A stretch of DNA of 64,000 nucleotides from an uncultured bacterium. GTDB lineage: Bacteria; Fidelibacterota; Marinisomatia; Marinisomatales; Marinisomataceae. A program made the translations under genes and the position numbers. The stretch spans positions 173,592 through 237,591 of the forward strand of contig CALSYL010000004.1 of assembly GCA_943841495.1 (NCBI GenBank). The letters are read 5' to 3'. Below, in pieces: positions 29,068 through 40,010 of the stretch (its first letter is position 1; each line of letters opens with the position of its first letter). The notes under the pieces are model-generated. The model had not been told where the DNA came from. It saw nothing but the letters and a program-made list of their open reading frames with translations, and made no database searches.

Positions 29068-29808
29068 TTATTTTTCTAACCAGGAATAACCATCTTTTTC
29101 AACTTTTTCTACAAGGGACATATCGCCTGTTTTAACTATTTTTCCATCAATCATTAAATGGACTACATCAGGTTTTATGTAATCGAGCAATCTTTGGTAA
29201 TGAGTAATAATTAAAACTGAATTATTTTCATTTTTAAATTTATTTACTCCTTTGGCAACTGTTCGTAAAGCGTCAACATCTAATCCAGAATCAGTTTCGT
29301 CTAGTACAGCTAATTTTGGATTAATAGTTAAGAGCTGTAAAATTTCACTTTTTTTCTTTTCACCTCCTGAAAAACCATCATTAATTGATCTTTTTAAAAA
29401 AGAATCATCAAGACCTAGTTCAGATAAAATAGCTTTTGCCTTGTTCAAAAATTCCAAAGCATCCATTTCTTCTTTTCCTTGATATTTTCTATGGGCATTT
29501 AAAGCAGATCTGAGAAAGTAAGCCATGCTTACACCGGGAATGGCAACAGGATATTGAAAGCAAAGAAAAATACCTTCAAGTGCACGATTTTCAATGCTCA
29601 TTTCTGTAATGTCAGTAGTCTCCATTGTAATATTTCCACCATCAACTTCATATGTTTCATTTCCAGCAATTACATTTGCTAAAGTACTTTTTCCAGACCC
29701 ATTTCTTCCCATAATTACATGTACTTCACCAGCTGGTATCTCCAAATTAATTCCTTTTAAAATATCTTTATCATCTATAGATGCTTTTAAATTTTCAATT
29801 TTAATCAT
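29068..29808 (-). CDS. sufC: Fe-S cluster assembly ATPase SufC
   Basis: GRNGSGKST, FSGGEKKK and LAVLDETDSGLD. Confidence 0.95.
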   Translation of the reverse strand: MIKIENLKASIDDKDILKGINLEIPAGEVHVIMGRNGSGKSTLANVIAGNETYEVDGGNITMETTDITEMSIENRALEGIFLCFQYPVAIPGVSMAYFLRSALNAHRKYQGKEEMDALEFLNKAKAILSELGLDDSFLKRSINDGFSGGEKKKSEILQLLTINPKLAVLDETDSGLDVDALRTVAKGVNKFKNENNSVLIITHYQRLLDYIKPDVVHLMIDGKIVKTGDMSLVEKVEKDGYSWLEK

Positions 29809-29811
29809 TTT

Positions 29812-31257
29812 TTATCCTACGCTATTTTCTAATGTTACTTCAATTAATTGTTTTGCTTCTACAGCAAATTCCATCGGAAGTTCTTCAAAAACCTCTTTAC
29901 AAAACCCATTTACAATCATGGAAACAGCATCATCCAGCTTGATTCCTCTTTGATTGCAATAAAATAATTGATCTTCTCCTATACTTGAGGTTGTAGCTTC
30001 GTGTTCCATTTTTGCAGTCGGGTTATTGACATCAATATATGGAAAAGTATGTGCGCCACATTTATCACCAATTAGAATGGAGTCACATTGGGAGAAATTT
30101 TGAGCATTTTCAGCATTTTTTAGAATTTTTACTCCACCTCTGTATGTATTTTGACCTTCTCCAGCCGAGATACCTTTAGTGATAATTGTGCTTTTAGTAT
30201 TTTTACCAATATGAATCATTTTAGTTCCAGTATCAGCTTGCTGTTTATTTTTTGTTACAGCAACTGAATAAAATTCACCGACACTATTGTCACCTTGCAT
30301 AATTACGCTTGGATATTTCCAAGTTACCGCAGAACCAGTTTCAACTTGCGTCCATGAAATCTTAGAATTATCCCCTAAGCAAGTTCCTCTTTTGGTAACA
30401 AAGTTGTAGATACCACCTTTGCCTTCTTTGTCCCCTGCATACCAGTTTTGAATAGTTGAATATTTAATAGTAGAATCTTTATGAGCTACTAGTTCAACGC
30501 ATGCAGCATGTAATTGATTTTCATCGCGCATTGGAGCAGTACAACCTTCAAGATAGCTGACATAGCTTCCTTCATCAGCAACAATCAATGTTCTTTCAAA
30601 TTGACCAGTATTTGTTGCATTTATTCTAAAATATGTAGATAGCTCCATCGGACATTTTACACCTTTTGGTATGTAGACAAAAGAGCCGTCACTAAAAACT
30701 GCAGAGTTTAATGCTGCGAAGTAGTTATCAGTTGCTGGAATTACGGAGCCAAGATATTTTTTAACCAATTCTGGGTGATCTTGTACTGCTTCTGAAAAAG
30801 AGCAAAAAATAATTCCATGCTTTGATAGTTCTTTTTTGAATGTTGTAGCAATAGATACACTGTCAAATACTGCATCAACAGCAACTCCTTGTAATCTTTT
30901 TTGTTCGTTAAGAGAAATACCTAATTTATTATAGGTTTCAATAATTTCTGGATCTACATCGTCTAAGCTATCATTTTTTAATTGTTTAGGCGCAGCATAA
31001 TAGCTTAAGGCTTGGTAGTCAATTGGTTCATATTTGATATTAGCCCATGTAGGTTCAGACATTTTTTCCCAATTTCTAAAAGCTTTTAATCTCCAATCAA
31101 GGAGCCATTGAGGTTCTTTCTTAATTTTTGATAATTTTTTGATTACGTCTTCGTTTAGACCTGGTTCAAATTTTGTTTCTTCAATATTAGTTGAAAAACC
31201 ATATTTATACTCCTGCTCAAGAGTTTTATCAATTACTTGTTGATTCTTATCTACCAT
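29812..31257 (-). CDS. sufB: Fe-S cluster assembly scaffold SufB
   Basis: 481 aa. YLEGCTAP and [22 protein letters not shown]. Confidence 0.95.
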   Translation of the reverse strand: MVDKNQQVIDKTLEQEYKYGFSTNIEETKFEPGLNEDVIKKLSKIKKEPQWLLDWRLKAFRNWEKMSEPTWANIKYEPIDYQALSYYAAPKQLKNDSLDDVDPEIIETYNKLGISLNEQKRLQGVAVDAVFDSVSIATTFKKELSKHGIIFCSFSEAVQDHPELVKKYLGSVIPATDNYFAALNSAVFSDGSFVYIPKGVKCPMELSTYFRINATNTGQFERTLIVADEGSYVSYLEGCTAPMRDENQLHAACVELVAHKDSTIKYSTIQNWYAGDKEGKGGIYNFVTKRGTCLGDNSKISWTQVETGSAVTWKYPSVIMQGDNSVGEFYSVAVTKNKQQADTGTKMIHIGKNTKSTIITKGISAGEGQNTYRGGVKILKNAENAQNFSQCDSILIGDKCGAHTFPYIDVNNPTAKMEHEATTSSIGEDQLFYCNQRGIKLDDAVSMIVNGFCKEVFEELPMEFAVEAKQLIEVTLENSVG

Positions 31258-31604
31258 TACGCTGAAAAGCTAATACCGCAACCACATGTTCTTGTAGCAT
31301 TGGGGTTATTAACTTTAAACCCTCCATTAAGTAAGTCTGTTGAAAAATCTATTTGGCATCCTCTTACATAGATCCAACTTTTTACGTCGCAAAAAATTGT
31401 AATTCCATGACTTTCGAATACTTTATCAAATTCTTTTTGCTTGTTTTCAAATGTTATTTTGTAAGACATTCCTGAACATCCTCCAGTATCAATAGTGACT
31501 CGAATACCTTTAGAACCTGCTTCTTCGTTTGCAATGATATTTTTTAATCTTGATGCAGCGTTTTGAGTAATTTCAATCTTCTGATTTTTTAATGCTTCTT
31601 CCAT
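31257..31604 (-). CDS. sufA: A-type Fe-S carrier (IscA/SufA, HesB family)
   Basis: GGCSGMSY and the C-terminal CGCGISF. Confidence 0.9.
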   Translation of the reverse strand: MEEALKNQKIEITQNAASRLKNIIANEEAGSKGIRVTIDTGGCSGMSYKITFENKQKEFDKVFESHGITIFCDVKSWIYVRGCQIDFSTDLLNGGFKVNNPNATRTCGCGISFSA

Positions 31605-31915
31605 TATAAACCTAATTTAACTTTACCTTCTTCTGTCATCATCTTAGGATTCCAAGGCGGATCAAATGTTAATTCAACATTTACGTTTGAAATCTCCTCA
31701 ATTGAAGCCATCTTATTTTTGATATCCTCAATCATATACTGTCCCATTGTACATCCAGGTGTTGTTAATGACATTATAATATCTACTGCAAATTTATCAT
31801 CCTTTTCGTTGATATTTAAATCATAAATCAAACCCAAATTCCATAAGTCTATTGGTAGTTCAGGATCGTTGCATTGTTTAAGTACATCAATCACATTATT
31901 TCTAATATTTTCCAT
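31604..31915 (-). CDS. DUF59 (MIP18/SufT-like) Fe-S assembly protein
   Basis: CNDPELPIDLWNLGLIY and SLTTPGCTMG. It is a paralog of the C-terminal half of 26950..27471. Confidence 0.8.
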   Translation of the reverse strand: MENIRNNVIDVLKQCNDPELPIDLWNLGLIYDLNINEKDDKFAVDIIMSLTTPGCTMGQYMIEDIKNKMASIEEISNVNVELTFDPPWNPKMMTEEGKVKLGL

Positions 31916-32085
31916 AAGCGATTGGCAATTTAAATATCAGAAAATTTATGTCCTATAACTATTGGATGTTTATTGTAAATATTCTTTAAATAATTAGTCG
32001 TAAAAAAAATACTATAATTTTTAATGCTCTTACTCATTGCTAAGTTAAATTCCATAATGTAAATTGTTTCTCATTTGGAGTGAAA

Positions 32086-33933
32086 ATGACAAAAAGTGTA
32101 AGTAATAAAACTATAGATAATGTTACCATTCGTTTTGCTGGCGATTCTGGCGATGGTATGCAGCTAAGCGGAGGAAGATTTACCCAAACTTCTGCTGTAG
32201 TTGGTAATGATTTAAGTACTTTACCTGACTTTCCTGCTGAAATTCGTGCACCCGCTGGTTCACTTGCTGGGGTAAGTTCATTTCAAATTCATTTTAGTTC
32301 TCAAGAAATTCATACTCCTGGAGAAAGACCCGATGTGTTGGTTGCAATGAATCCAGCAGCTCTAAAAGTACATCTAAAAGACTTGATACCCGGTGGTACT
32401 TTAATTGTCAATAAGAATGCTTTTACTAAAAAGAATTTGTCATTAGCGGGGTATGATAATGATCCTACGGAAGACGGTTCATTGGTAGATTATTATTCTA
32501 CACATTTTATAGAAATGGGTAAGCTTGTTACATTGGCTTGCGAAGGAATTGATATTCCATCTAAAATGGTCGATAGAACAAAAAATCTTTGTGCTTTAGG
32601 AGTACTATTTTGGATGTATGATAGACCATTAAAACCAACGATTGATTGGCTAAATCAAAAATTTAAATCCAAGCCTGATATTATTGAAGCTAATGTTAGA
32701 GCCTTAAATGCTGGATATAATTATGGAGATACCGCAGAAATTTTTACTACAAGATACATTGTTGAAAAAGCAAAACTTCCTGAAGGTAAATATAGAAATA
32801 TGAACGGTACTCTTGCTTCATGCTTAGGTATTTTAACTGCAGCAGAAAAAAGCAAGCTAGATATTACTTTTGCTGGCTATCCTATTACACCAGCAAGTAA
32901 CATCCTACATACATTATCTAATTGGAAAAAATTTGGTATTAAAACTTACCAGGCAGAAGATGAAATTGCCGGAATTGGCGCTGCTTTAGGAGCTTCTTAT
33001 GGTGGATCTTTGGGAATTACTGCTTCATCAGGACCTGGAATTGCATTAAAAACAGAATTTATGGGACTAGCAATTATGACTGAACTTCCCTTAGTGATTA
33101 TCAATGTTCAAAGAGGAGGCCCTAGCACTGGTCTACCTACCAAAACAGAACAGTCAGACTTATTTCAAGCAGTTTATGGAAGGAATGGAGAAGCTCCAAT
33201 TCCAGTTCTTGCTCCCACAACTCCAGGCGACTGTTTTCATGCTGCATATGAGGCTTGTAGAATTGCAGTAAAATATATGACCCCAATTATTGTTTTATCA
33301 GATGGATATTTGGTGAATGGTTCAGAGCCATGGTTGATTCCAAATCCAGACAATCTAGAATCATTTGATGTAGAATTTGCAAAAGTGGAAGATGCAGAAG
33401 GATTTTTACCTTACAAAAGAAATGAAAAAACCTTAGCAAGAAGTTGGGCAATCCCAGGTACAAAAGGTCTAGAGCATAGAATCGGAGGCCTTGAAAAACA
33501 AGATATTACAGGAAATGTTAATTATGATTCAGATAATCATCAGAAAATGGTTGAAATTAGATCTCAAAAAGTAGCAAATATAGCAAATGAGATTCCTCCA
33601 ACAGAAATTTTTGGCGAAAGCAAAGGAGATATATTAATATTAAGTTGGGGAAGTGGACATGGCGCAAGCAGAGCAGCAACTGAGTCACTTCTTTCTGAAA
33701 ATATTAAGGTTGGACATGCTTCAATAAAATGGATTTCTCCTCTTCCAAGCGACTTAGGTTCTATTCTTAAAAACTATAATAAAGTTTTAATACCCGAAGT
33801 TAATACTGGCCAATTTAGGCAAATTATCAGAGCAGAGTATCTAATAGATGCTGTAGGATTAAATGAAGTTCAAGGAAAACCGTTAGGAGCTTCAAAAATT
33901 GTGGAAAAAGTAAAGGATTTGATTAATGACTGA
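32086..33933 (+). CDS. korA: 2-oxoglutarate:ferredoxin oxidoreductase alpha subunit
   Basis: RFAGDSGDGMQ, GYPITPAS and RGGPSTGLPTK. I prefer the ATG at 32086 (GGAG 5 nt upstream) over the track's GTG at 32080. Confidence 0.85.
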   Translation: MTKSVSNKTIDNVTIRFAGDSGDGMQLSGGRFTQTSAVVGNDLSTLPDFPAEIRAPAGSLAGVSSFQIHFSSQEIHTPGERPDVLVAMNPAALKVHLKDLIPGGTLIVNKNAFTKKNLSLAGYDNDPTEDGSLVDYYSTHFIEMGKLVTLACEGIDIPSKMVDRTKNLCALGVLFWMYDRPLKPTIDWLNQKFKSKPDIIEANVRALNAGYNYGDTAEIFTTRYIVEKAKLPEGKYRNMNGTLASCLGILTAAEKSKLDITFAGYPITPASNILHTLSNWKKFGIKTYQAEDEIAGIGAALGASYGGSLGITASSGPGIALKTEFMGLAIMTELPLVIINVQRGGPSTGLPTKTEQSDLFQAVYGRNGEAPIPVLAPTTPGDCFHAAYEACRIAVKYMTPIIVLSDGYLVNGSEPWLIPNPDNLESFDVEFAKVEDAEGFLPYKRNEKTLARSWAIPGTKGLEHRIGGLEKQDITGNVNYDSDNHQKMVEIRSQKVANIANEIPPTEIFGESKGDILILSWGSGHGASRAATESLLSENIKVGHASIKWISPLPSDLGSILKNYNKVLIPEVNTGQFRQIIRAEYLIDAVGLNEVQGKPLGASKIVEKVKDLIND

Positions 33934-34939
33934 TAAACCTGTACTAAAGAAAAAAGATTTTGAGTCAGATCAGGCAGTAAGATGGTGTCCAGGATGTGGA
34001 GACTATGCTATTCTTGCTCAGACACAAAAAGTATTTCCTGAGATTACAACAGACAAAGAAAAAGTAGTATTTGTATCGGGTATTGGTTGTTCTAGTAGAT
34101 TTCCATACTATATGAATACTTATGGATTTCATACTATTCATGGAAGAGCTCCCACAGTTGCAAGTGGATTAAAAATTGCAAACCCCGATCTTTCTGTTTG
34201 GCTAGTTACAGGTGATGGAGATGGCTTTTCAATTGGCGGTAATCATATGATTCATTTATTGCGTAGAAATATTAATCTAAATGTGATGCTGTTCAATAAT
34301 AGAATTTATGGTTTAACTAAAGGACAATACTCTCCTACCTCAGAGCAAGGAAAGGTGACATATTCAACTCCAATGGGTTCATTAGACTATCCATTTAATC
34401 CAACAAAATTAGCATTAGGAGCAAAAGGAGCATTTATTGCCAAAACAATTGATAGAGATTTACAGCATTTGCAAAGTATGATTAAAAGAGCAAATGATCA
34501 CAGAGGAACTTCATTTATTGAAATTTATCAAAATTGTAATATTTTTAACGATGGGGCATTTTCTGAATTAACCGATAAAGAAACAAAATCAGACAGAGTT
34601 CTAAAAGTCGAACATGGGGAGCCAATGATTTTTGGTGCTGAAAATAACAAAGGTATTTATCTTGATGGAACCACACCAAAAGTAGTAACAGTTGGAGAAA
34701 AATTTTCAATTGATGATATCTTAGTTCACGATGAAACTGATGAATTTATTGGAGATATGCTTTCAAACTTTACTGCAAGTGATACTTTCCCGGAACCTTT
34801 AGGTGTATTATATTGTGTAGAAAGACCAACCTATGACGATTTAATGGTGGATCAAATGAACGAAGCAAAGAAAAATACAAAAGGCCCTAAAAGTGTCAAC
34901 GATTTACTTAATGCTGGAGATACCTGGGAGGTAAAATAA
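33926..34939 (+). CDS. korB: 2-oxoglutarate:ferredoxin oxidoreductase beta subunit
   Basis: WCPGCGDY, SGIGCSSRF and GDGDGFSIGGNH. Confidence 0.9.
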   Translation: MTDKPVLKKKDFESDQAVRWCPGCGDYAILAQTQKVFPEITTDKEKVVFVSGIGCSSRFPYYMNTYGFHTIHGRAPTVASGLKIANPDLSVWLVTGDGDGFSIGGNHMIHLLRRNINLNVMLFNNRIYGLTKGQYSPTSEQGKVTYSTPMGSLDYPFNPTKLALGAKGAFIAKTIDRDLQHLQSMIKRANDHRGTSFIEIYQNCNIFNDGAFSELTDKETKSDRVLKVEHGEPMIFGAENNKGIYLDGTTPKVVTVGEKFSIDDILVHDETDEFIGDMLSNFTASDTFPEPLGVLYCVERPTYDDLMVDQMNEAKKNTKGPKSVNDLLNAGDTWEVK

Positions 34940-36336
34940 TGTCCTTCAGGATCGAAAAAGATAGTATTGGTAAAATAAAAGTACCCTCTAAAGCATATTA
35001 CGGAGCTCAAACTCAAAGAGCTGTTCAAAATTTTCAAATAGGATGGCCAATGGAGTTTAGCTTAATCTTGCCTTATATCATTATAAAGAAATGTGCAGCA
35101 AAAACTAACTATGCTCAAAAAAATATTTCAAAAAAATTATCTGATGCTATTATTGATGCATGTGATTATATAATTGATAATCCAGATCGATTCATCGATG
35201 AGTTTCCAGTACCAGTATTTCAAACGGGTAGCGGTACTCAAACTAATATGAATGTAAATGAAGTAGTTGCAAATAAAGCTAATGAGATTTTAGGAGCAAA
35301 GTTAGGAACTTATCAATTTGTACATCCAAATGATCATGTGAATATGTCTCAGTCTACTAATGACACATTCCCAACAGCTATTTTAGTAGGAAGTGCAATT
35401 TCATCAGAAGATAATTTACTCCCTGCTCTTGAAATGCTTGAAAAGGCTTTAGTAAAAAAATCAAAAGAATTTCACAAAATTATTAAGGTAGGACGAACTC
35501 ACCTTCAAGATGCAACACCAATTAGATTAGGTCAGGAATTTTCTGGATATGCTTCAATGATAAAGCATGATATTGCAAGAGTTAAAAGCGCAATGAAAGA
35601 ATGTACCGATTTGCCTGTAGGAGGAACTGCAGTTGGAACTGGTATCAATACTACGCAAGGGTTTGATGAATTAATGTGTTCATTTATTTCAGAAGAAACT
35701 GGTATCTCTTTTAATGTTTGTAAAAATAAATTTGAGTTACTTTCTTCACAAAATGCTATATCAAATTTATCAGCTCAAATTCGTATTTGTGCTGGTTCTT
35801 TAAATAAGATTGCCAACGATATACGTTGGCTAGCTTGTGGTCCTATGGCAGGAATAGGTGAGTTAATTCTTCCCTCTAATGAACCAGGAAGCTCAATAAT
35901 GCCTGGAAAAGTAAATCCTACACAATGTGAAGCAGTCAATATGGTTTATGCACAGATTATAGGTAATGACTCTACTGTTAATTACGCTGGCGCTAACGGA
36001 AATTTTGAATTAAATACATATAGACCAATAATAGCCTCATCTATTCATGAATCAATATCGTTATTAGCTGAAGTCTCAGAATCCTTTTCGTTAAATGCAT
36101 TAGAAGGGTTGAAAGCCAATGAAAAAAAAATCAAATCTAATCTAGATAAATCATTGATGCTAGTGACTGCTCTTGCTCCAAAAATAGGATATGAAAAGTC
36201 AGCTGAGATTGCCAAAAAGGCATTAAAAGAAAATATTTCTCTTAAAGAGAGCGCAAAAGCTTTAGGGTATTTATCGGAACAAGAGTTTGATAATATTGTT
36301 AAACCAGAATTGATGGTTTCACCTAAAAAAGTATGA
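34939..36336 (+). CDS. fumC: Class II fumarate hydratase
   Basis: GSSIMPGKVNPTQCE signature. 465 aa. Confidence 0.95.
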   Translation: MSFRIEKDSIGKIKVPSKAYYGAQTQRAVQNFQIGWPMEFSLILPYIIIKKCAAKTNYAQKNISKKLSDAIIDACDYIIDNPDRFIDEFPVPVFQTGSGTQTNMNVNEVVANKANEILGAKLGTYQFVHPNDHVNMSQSTNDTFPTAILVGSAISSEDNLLPALEMLEKALVKKSKEFHKIIKVGRTHLQDATPIRLGQEFSGYASMIKHDIARVKSAMKECTDLPVGGTAVGTGINTTQGFDELMCSFISEETGISFNVCKNKFELLSSQNAISNLSAQIRICAGSLNKIANDIRWLACGPMAGIGELILPSNEPGSSIMPGKVNPTQCEAVNMVYAQIIGNDSTVNYAGANGNFELNTYRPIIASSIHESISLLAEVSESFSLNALEGLKANEKKIKSNLDKSLMLVTALAPKIGYEKSAEIAKKALKENISLKESAKALGYLSEQEFDNIVKPELMVSPKKV

Positions 36337-38414
36337 TTAAAACCTTCTTCTCTTCACTTAGAATTATTTTATATCTATTTATATTAGTGTTAGTATATGT
36401 TTTTTATTTATCCAGAGATTTACCATCCCTAGAACGACTTGAAACTTTTGATCCAGCAATGCTATCAACTCTTTATGATAGAAATGGAGAGGTTATTGGA
36501 GAGTTTTATATCCAAAAAAGAGTTTTTGTAGATATTGAAGATATGCCTAATCATTTGAAACAAGCTGTTATATCATCAGAAGATAAGCGATTTTATTCTC
36601 ATTGGGGTGTTGATTTGCAAAGTTTCTTTAGAGCAGTAGTTGTTAATGTTTCTTCTATGAGTTTTAGACAAGGTTTTAGTACTCTTTCTCAACAATTAGC
36701 ACGAAATCTTTACAAAGAAGTAGGTTTTCGGGATAGTATAACTAGAAAATTAAAAGAGATGATAACTGCCATTCAGATTGAGAGAACTTATACAAAAGAA
36801 GAAATACTAGAAATGTACTTGAATACTGTTCACTTTGGTCACGGAACATATGGAGCAGAGTCAGCAGCAAAAAGATTTTTTAACAAAACTGCATCTGAAC
36901 TAACAATTGGAGAATCAGCGATGCTGGTAGGATTGCTTCCTTCGCCAGCCAACTATTCACCTCTGAGAAATTTAAACAAAGCTATTGGACGAAGATCAAT
37001 TGTTTTAAAGTTGATGTATAATCAAGACTACATCAATTATCAGGAGTATATGGAACATAATAGCATAATACCCGATAATATTTTTTATGAAATTCCAAAA
37101 GGGAAAGCACCATATTTTGCAGAGCATGTAAGAAGAATTTTAGAAAAACAGGATGAGCAGTTAGGTATAGATATTTATCAAGATGGATTAAAAATTTATA
37201 CTACCTTGGATTATCGATTGCAAAAAATTGCAGAAGAATCTGTAATGCAAACCCTTAAAAAAAATCAAGATGAATTCAATAAACAATTATTTGCAGACAA
37301 AGATAAATTTTCAAGATTAGGGTATCTTTCTATTTTTCCAGCTGATTCAGTAAAAATGATGCTAAATGGTCAAATGGAACTATACGAAGAACTAAGAAAA
37401 GATCTATTGGTTCAATGTTCATTTATAGCTTTAGATACAAAAACCGGTGAAATACTTGCTATGATAGGAGGAAGATCTGACTACCTAGATGAGTTCAATA
37501 GATCTACTCAAGCATTGAGGCAGCCAGGGTCTGTATTCAAGCCCTATATTTACACTGCAGCAATCGATAATAATTATCCAGTTACTACTCAATTGCTAAA
37601 TCAACCTGTTGCCTTATATAGAAATAATGCTAAAGGAGAACGTGAAAAATGGTCTCCTAATAATTATGATTATAGTACAGGAGGCTTAACAACTTTAAGA
37701 GAAGGATTGCAAAGATCATTAAATCTAATTTCTGTCAGAATGGTGCAAGAATTAGTACCACCAAGACAGGTTAAAGATATTGCCAAAAGAATGCAAATTA
37801 CTACTCCAATCAGAGCTGTTGATTCAATTGCATTAGGAACGTCAGAAGTTAAACCAATTGAGATTGTTGCTTCGTACGCTACATTCGCAAATAAAGGAAT
37901 TTATTCTAGTCCAATAGCTATTACTCGCATTGAAGATAAGTATGGTAGAATTATTAAAGAATATTCAATTGATCAAAAAGAAGTATTAAGTCCTGAAACT
38001 GCATATATGGTAACTAATTTATTGCAATCTGTTATAGACAGGGGCACCGGTGGAAGCATACGATGGAGGCATAAATTTAGACATCCAGCTGGCGGAAAAA
38101 CTGGAACAACTCAGAATACAAGTGATGCATGGTTTGTAGGATTTACTCCTAATATAACTGCAGGTGTGTGGTACGGGTTAGATCAATATTCAACTAGTCT
38201 TGGTAAAGGACAATATGGAGGCGTTGCTGCACTACCAGCATGGGCAACATTCATGAAGAAAGCCCATCAGGAATTGAATATTCCAAAAGATAATTTTGAA
38301 ATACCTTCAGGCGTAGTTGAAGTAGAAATAGATGCCGATACTAAGCAACTCCCAACGAACAGAACTAAAAATTTAGAAAAAGAATACTTCTTAAAATCTA
38401 ATGCTCCTCAATAA
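36333..38414 (+). CDS. mrcA: Class A penicillin-binding protein (PBP1A; glycosyltransferase/transpeptidase)
   Basis: SSEDKRFYSHWG, RQPGSVFKP (SxxK) and GKTGTT. Confidence 0.9.
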   Translation: MIKTFFSSLRIILYLFILVLVYVFYLSRDLPSLERLETFDPAMLSTLYDRNGEVIGEFYIQKRVFVDIEDMPNHLKQAVISSEDKRFYSHWGVDLQSFFRAVVVNVSSMSFRQGFSTLSQQLARNLYKEVGFRDSITRKLKEMITAIQIERTYTKEEILEMYLNTVHFGHGTYGAESAAKRFFNKTASELTIGESAMLVGLLPSPANYSPLRNLNKAIGRRSIVLKLMYNQDYINYQEYMEHNSIIPDNIFYEIPKGKAPYFAEHVRRILEKQDEQLGIDIYQDGLKIYTTLDYRLQKIAEESVMQTLKKNQDEFNKQLFADKDKFSRLGYLSIFPADSVKMMLNGQMELYEELRKDLLVQCSFIALDTKTGEILAMIGGRSDYLDEFNRSTQALRQPGSVFKPYIYTAAIDNNYPVTTQLLNQPVALYRNNAKGEREKWSPNNYDYSTGGLTTLREGLQRSLNLISVRMVQELVPPRQVKDIAKRMQITTPIRAVDSIALGTSEVKPIEIVASYATFANKGIYSSPIAITRIEDKYGRIIKEYSIDQKEVLSPETAYMVTNLLQSVIDRGTGGSIRWRHKFRHPAGGKTGTTQNTSDAWFVGFTPNITAGVWYGLDQYSTSLGKGQYGGVAALPAWATFMKKAHQELNIPKDNFEIPSGVVEVEIDADTKQLPTNRTKNLEKEYFLKSNAPQ

Positions 38415-38416
38415 AT

Positions 38417-39766
38417 TTAATTTTTCTTACTAGTTTGTTTCAAAATAATCATACCACTTACAAACAATACAATATTTGGAAGCCAAGATCCTAAGCCAGG
38501 ATTTATAAGATTTCTATCAGCCAATTGCTCTCCCCATATTAATAAAATATAATATATTAAGAAGAATGCAATGCTCAGTCCAGATGCAATAGTCATTCCA
38601 CCATTTCGAACAAGCATTCCCAATGGAGCACCAACCAAGGTAAAGAGTATGCATGCAAGTGCAAGAGTAAATTTTTTGTGAATTTCTACCCTAAATTTAT
38701 TATTTGTTTTTTGATAATTTTCGATCAAGGTAAATTCGTTTTTGAACTGTCTCATATTATTATTCAGAGATAGTATATACTCTTTTTGTTCAAAATCTGA
38801 AATGTTGATTTCACTATTATATACTCTTTCTTCTGATTTTGAAATCATTTCAACGTTCTTTAAGCGTTCTATCTCCTCAATAATTGAATCAAGTGAATTG
38901 GCATTTACATTTGTTATTCCAATCTCTTTTTTTACTTTATTTATTCGATCATAGATTTGAGCTATTAATAATTTGTTTTTACCAATTTCATCTATCATTT
39001 GTGGAACTCTCATTTCTCGATCAGTTCTATTTGATTCGCTGGTCCGATTTAACATTAAATCATCCATTGAAATCATAATTTGATGAGTTGAAAATTTGAT
39101 TTTTCTGTAATAGTCATAGTCAGATAAATCAATTTCATGAATTTCTCCATCTTTTAAATCTATCGTAATCATATTTCCATCGGAGGATAACGAACCTTGA
39201 TTTGCATAGATAGTAGTTTGTTCAGTTTGCTGGTTTTTGCTAAAAATTTTAACATCCTTAAAATCTGAACCATCCATTTCTTTAACAATCATTGTGTATT
39301 GTGGAATCATATCAACAAAGTATCCTGGCTCTATAGATAACTCAGGTTTTTTTTGATAAATATCTCTTGCAAGTAAGCGAGCGTTATAATTCATTTCAGG
39401 AAGAATAAAATTGTTAAAAAGACATAGTAAGATTGCTACAAATGTTCCAAACCATAATGCAGGTTTAATAATATTAAACATATTTACACCAGCAGATTTT
39501 AACGCCGTTATTTCATTTTGCTGTGCCATTCTACCAAATGTCATAACACTTGAAATAAGTAAAGACATTGGGACAGATAATGCAATTATCCATGCTAGAT
39601 TTAGATATAAATATTCAAAAATTGTAACAACATCTAATCCTTTTCCTAAAAAGCGATCAACTGCTCTAATTAAAAATTGCAAAAATAAAACAGTTGTGAT
39701 TACAGCTACTGACAACAAAAATGGAATAAGAGATTGTTTAAAAAGATATTTATTTAGTGTGTTCAT
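38417..39766 (-). CDS. LptF/LptG-family LPS export permease
   Basis: YjgP/YjgQ-type topology: 3 TM, a large periplasmic domain, then 3 TM. The N-terminus is LFKQSLIPFLLSV. Confidence 0.75.
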   Translation of the reverse strand: MNTLNKYLFKQSLIPFLLSVAVITTVLFLQFLIRAVDRFLGKGLDVVTIFEYLYLNLAWIIALSVPMSLLISSVMTFGRMAQQNEITALKSAGVNMFNIIKPALWFGTFVAILLCLFNNFILPEMNYNARLLARDIYQKKPELSIEPGYFVDMIPQYTMIVKEMDGSDFKDVKIFSKNQQTEQTTIYANQGSLSSDGNMITIDLKDGEIHEIDLSDYDYYRKIKFSTHQIMISMDDLMLNRTSESNRTDREMRVPQMIDEIGKNKLLIAQIYDRINKVKKEIGITNVNANSLDSIIEEIERLKNVEMISKSEERVYNSEINISDFEQKEYILSLNNNMRQFKNEFTLIENYQKTNNKFRVEIHKKFTLALACILFTLVGAPLGMLVRNGGMTIASGLSIAFFLIYYILLIWGEQLADRNLINPGLGSWLPNIVLFVSGMIILKQTSKKN

Positions 39767-39848
39767 ATGAATTTTAAAATTTAACTCTACTTGTGTTAAA
39801 ACCTAAACTATAATAAGTTCCCATGCTTAAATTCAATTTAAGCATTAT

Positions 39849-39922
39849 GGTGACTGTAGCTCAGTTGGTAGAGCCATCGGTTGTGGTCCGATTGGTCGTC
39901 GGTTCGAGTCCGATCAGTCACC
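39849..39922 (+). tRNA. tRNA-His (GTG) with a genome-encoded G-1
   Basis: G-1 plus GTGACTG/CAGTCAC acceptor, TTGTGGT anticodon loop, GGTTCGAGTCC T-arm, discriminator C. Confidence 0.95.
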
Positions 39923-39935
39923 CGCAAAAAATTTT

Positions 39936-40010
39936 CGGGGTGTAGCGTAGTCCGGTTAGCGCACCTGCTTTGGGAGCAGGGGGTCGCAGGTTCAAATCCT
40001 GCCACCCCGA
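39936..40010 (+). tRNA. tRNA-Pro (TGG)
   Basis: CGGGGTG/CACCCCG acceptor, CCTGC-TTTGGGA-GCAGG anticodon arm, GGTTCAAATCC T-arm. Confidence 0.95.

Noticed and set aside
31916-32085. Regulatory palindrome or small ORF in the divergent suf / korAB promoter region.
   Set aside because: The region holds only a 13-codon ORF without an SD, and I could recognise no clear inverted repeat resembling an IscR/SufR/Fur box. I left it unannotated.
11471-39770. Antisense or shadow ORFs of 60-119 aa within mdh, rng, the suhB-like gene, the LysM gene, mcm, etfD, sufS, sufD, sufC, korB and lptF/G. Examples: 12006..12197, 14562..14762, 15681..15926, 18507..18755, 24505..24866, 26388..26820, 28222..28449, 29252..29953, 38742..39078, 39411..39770.
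   Set aside because: Each is embedded in a gene with strong family motifs on the other strand or frame. The sequences are Ser/Leu/Phe/Ile-rich mirror translations.
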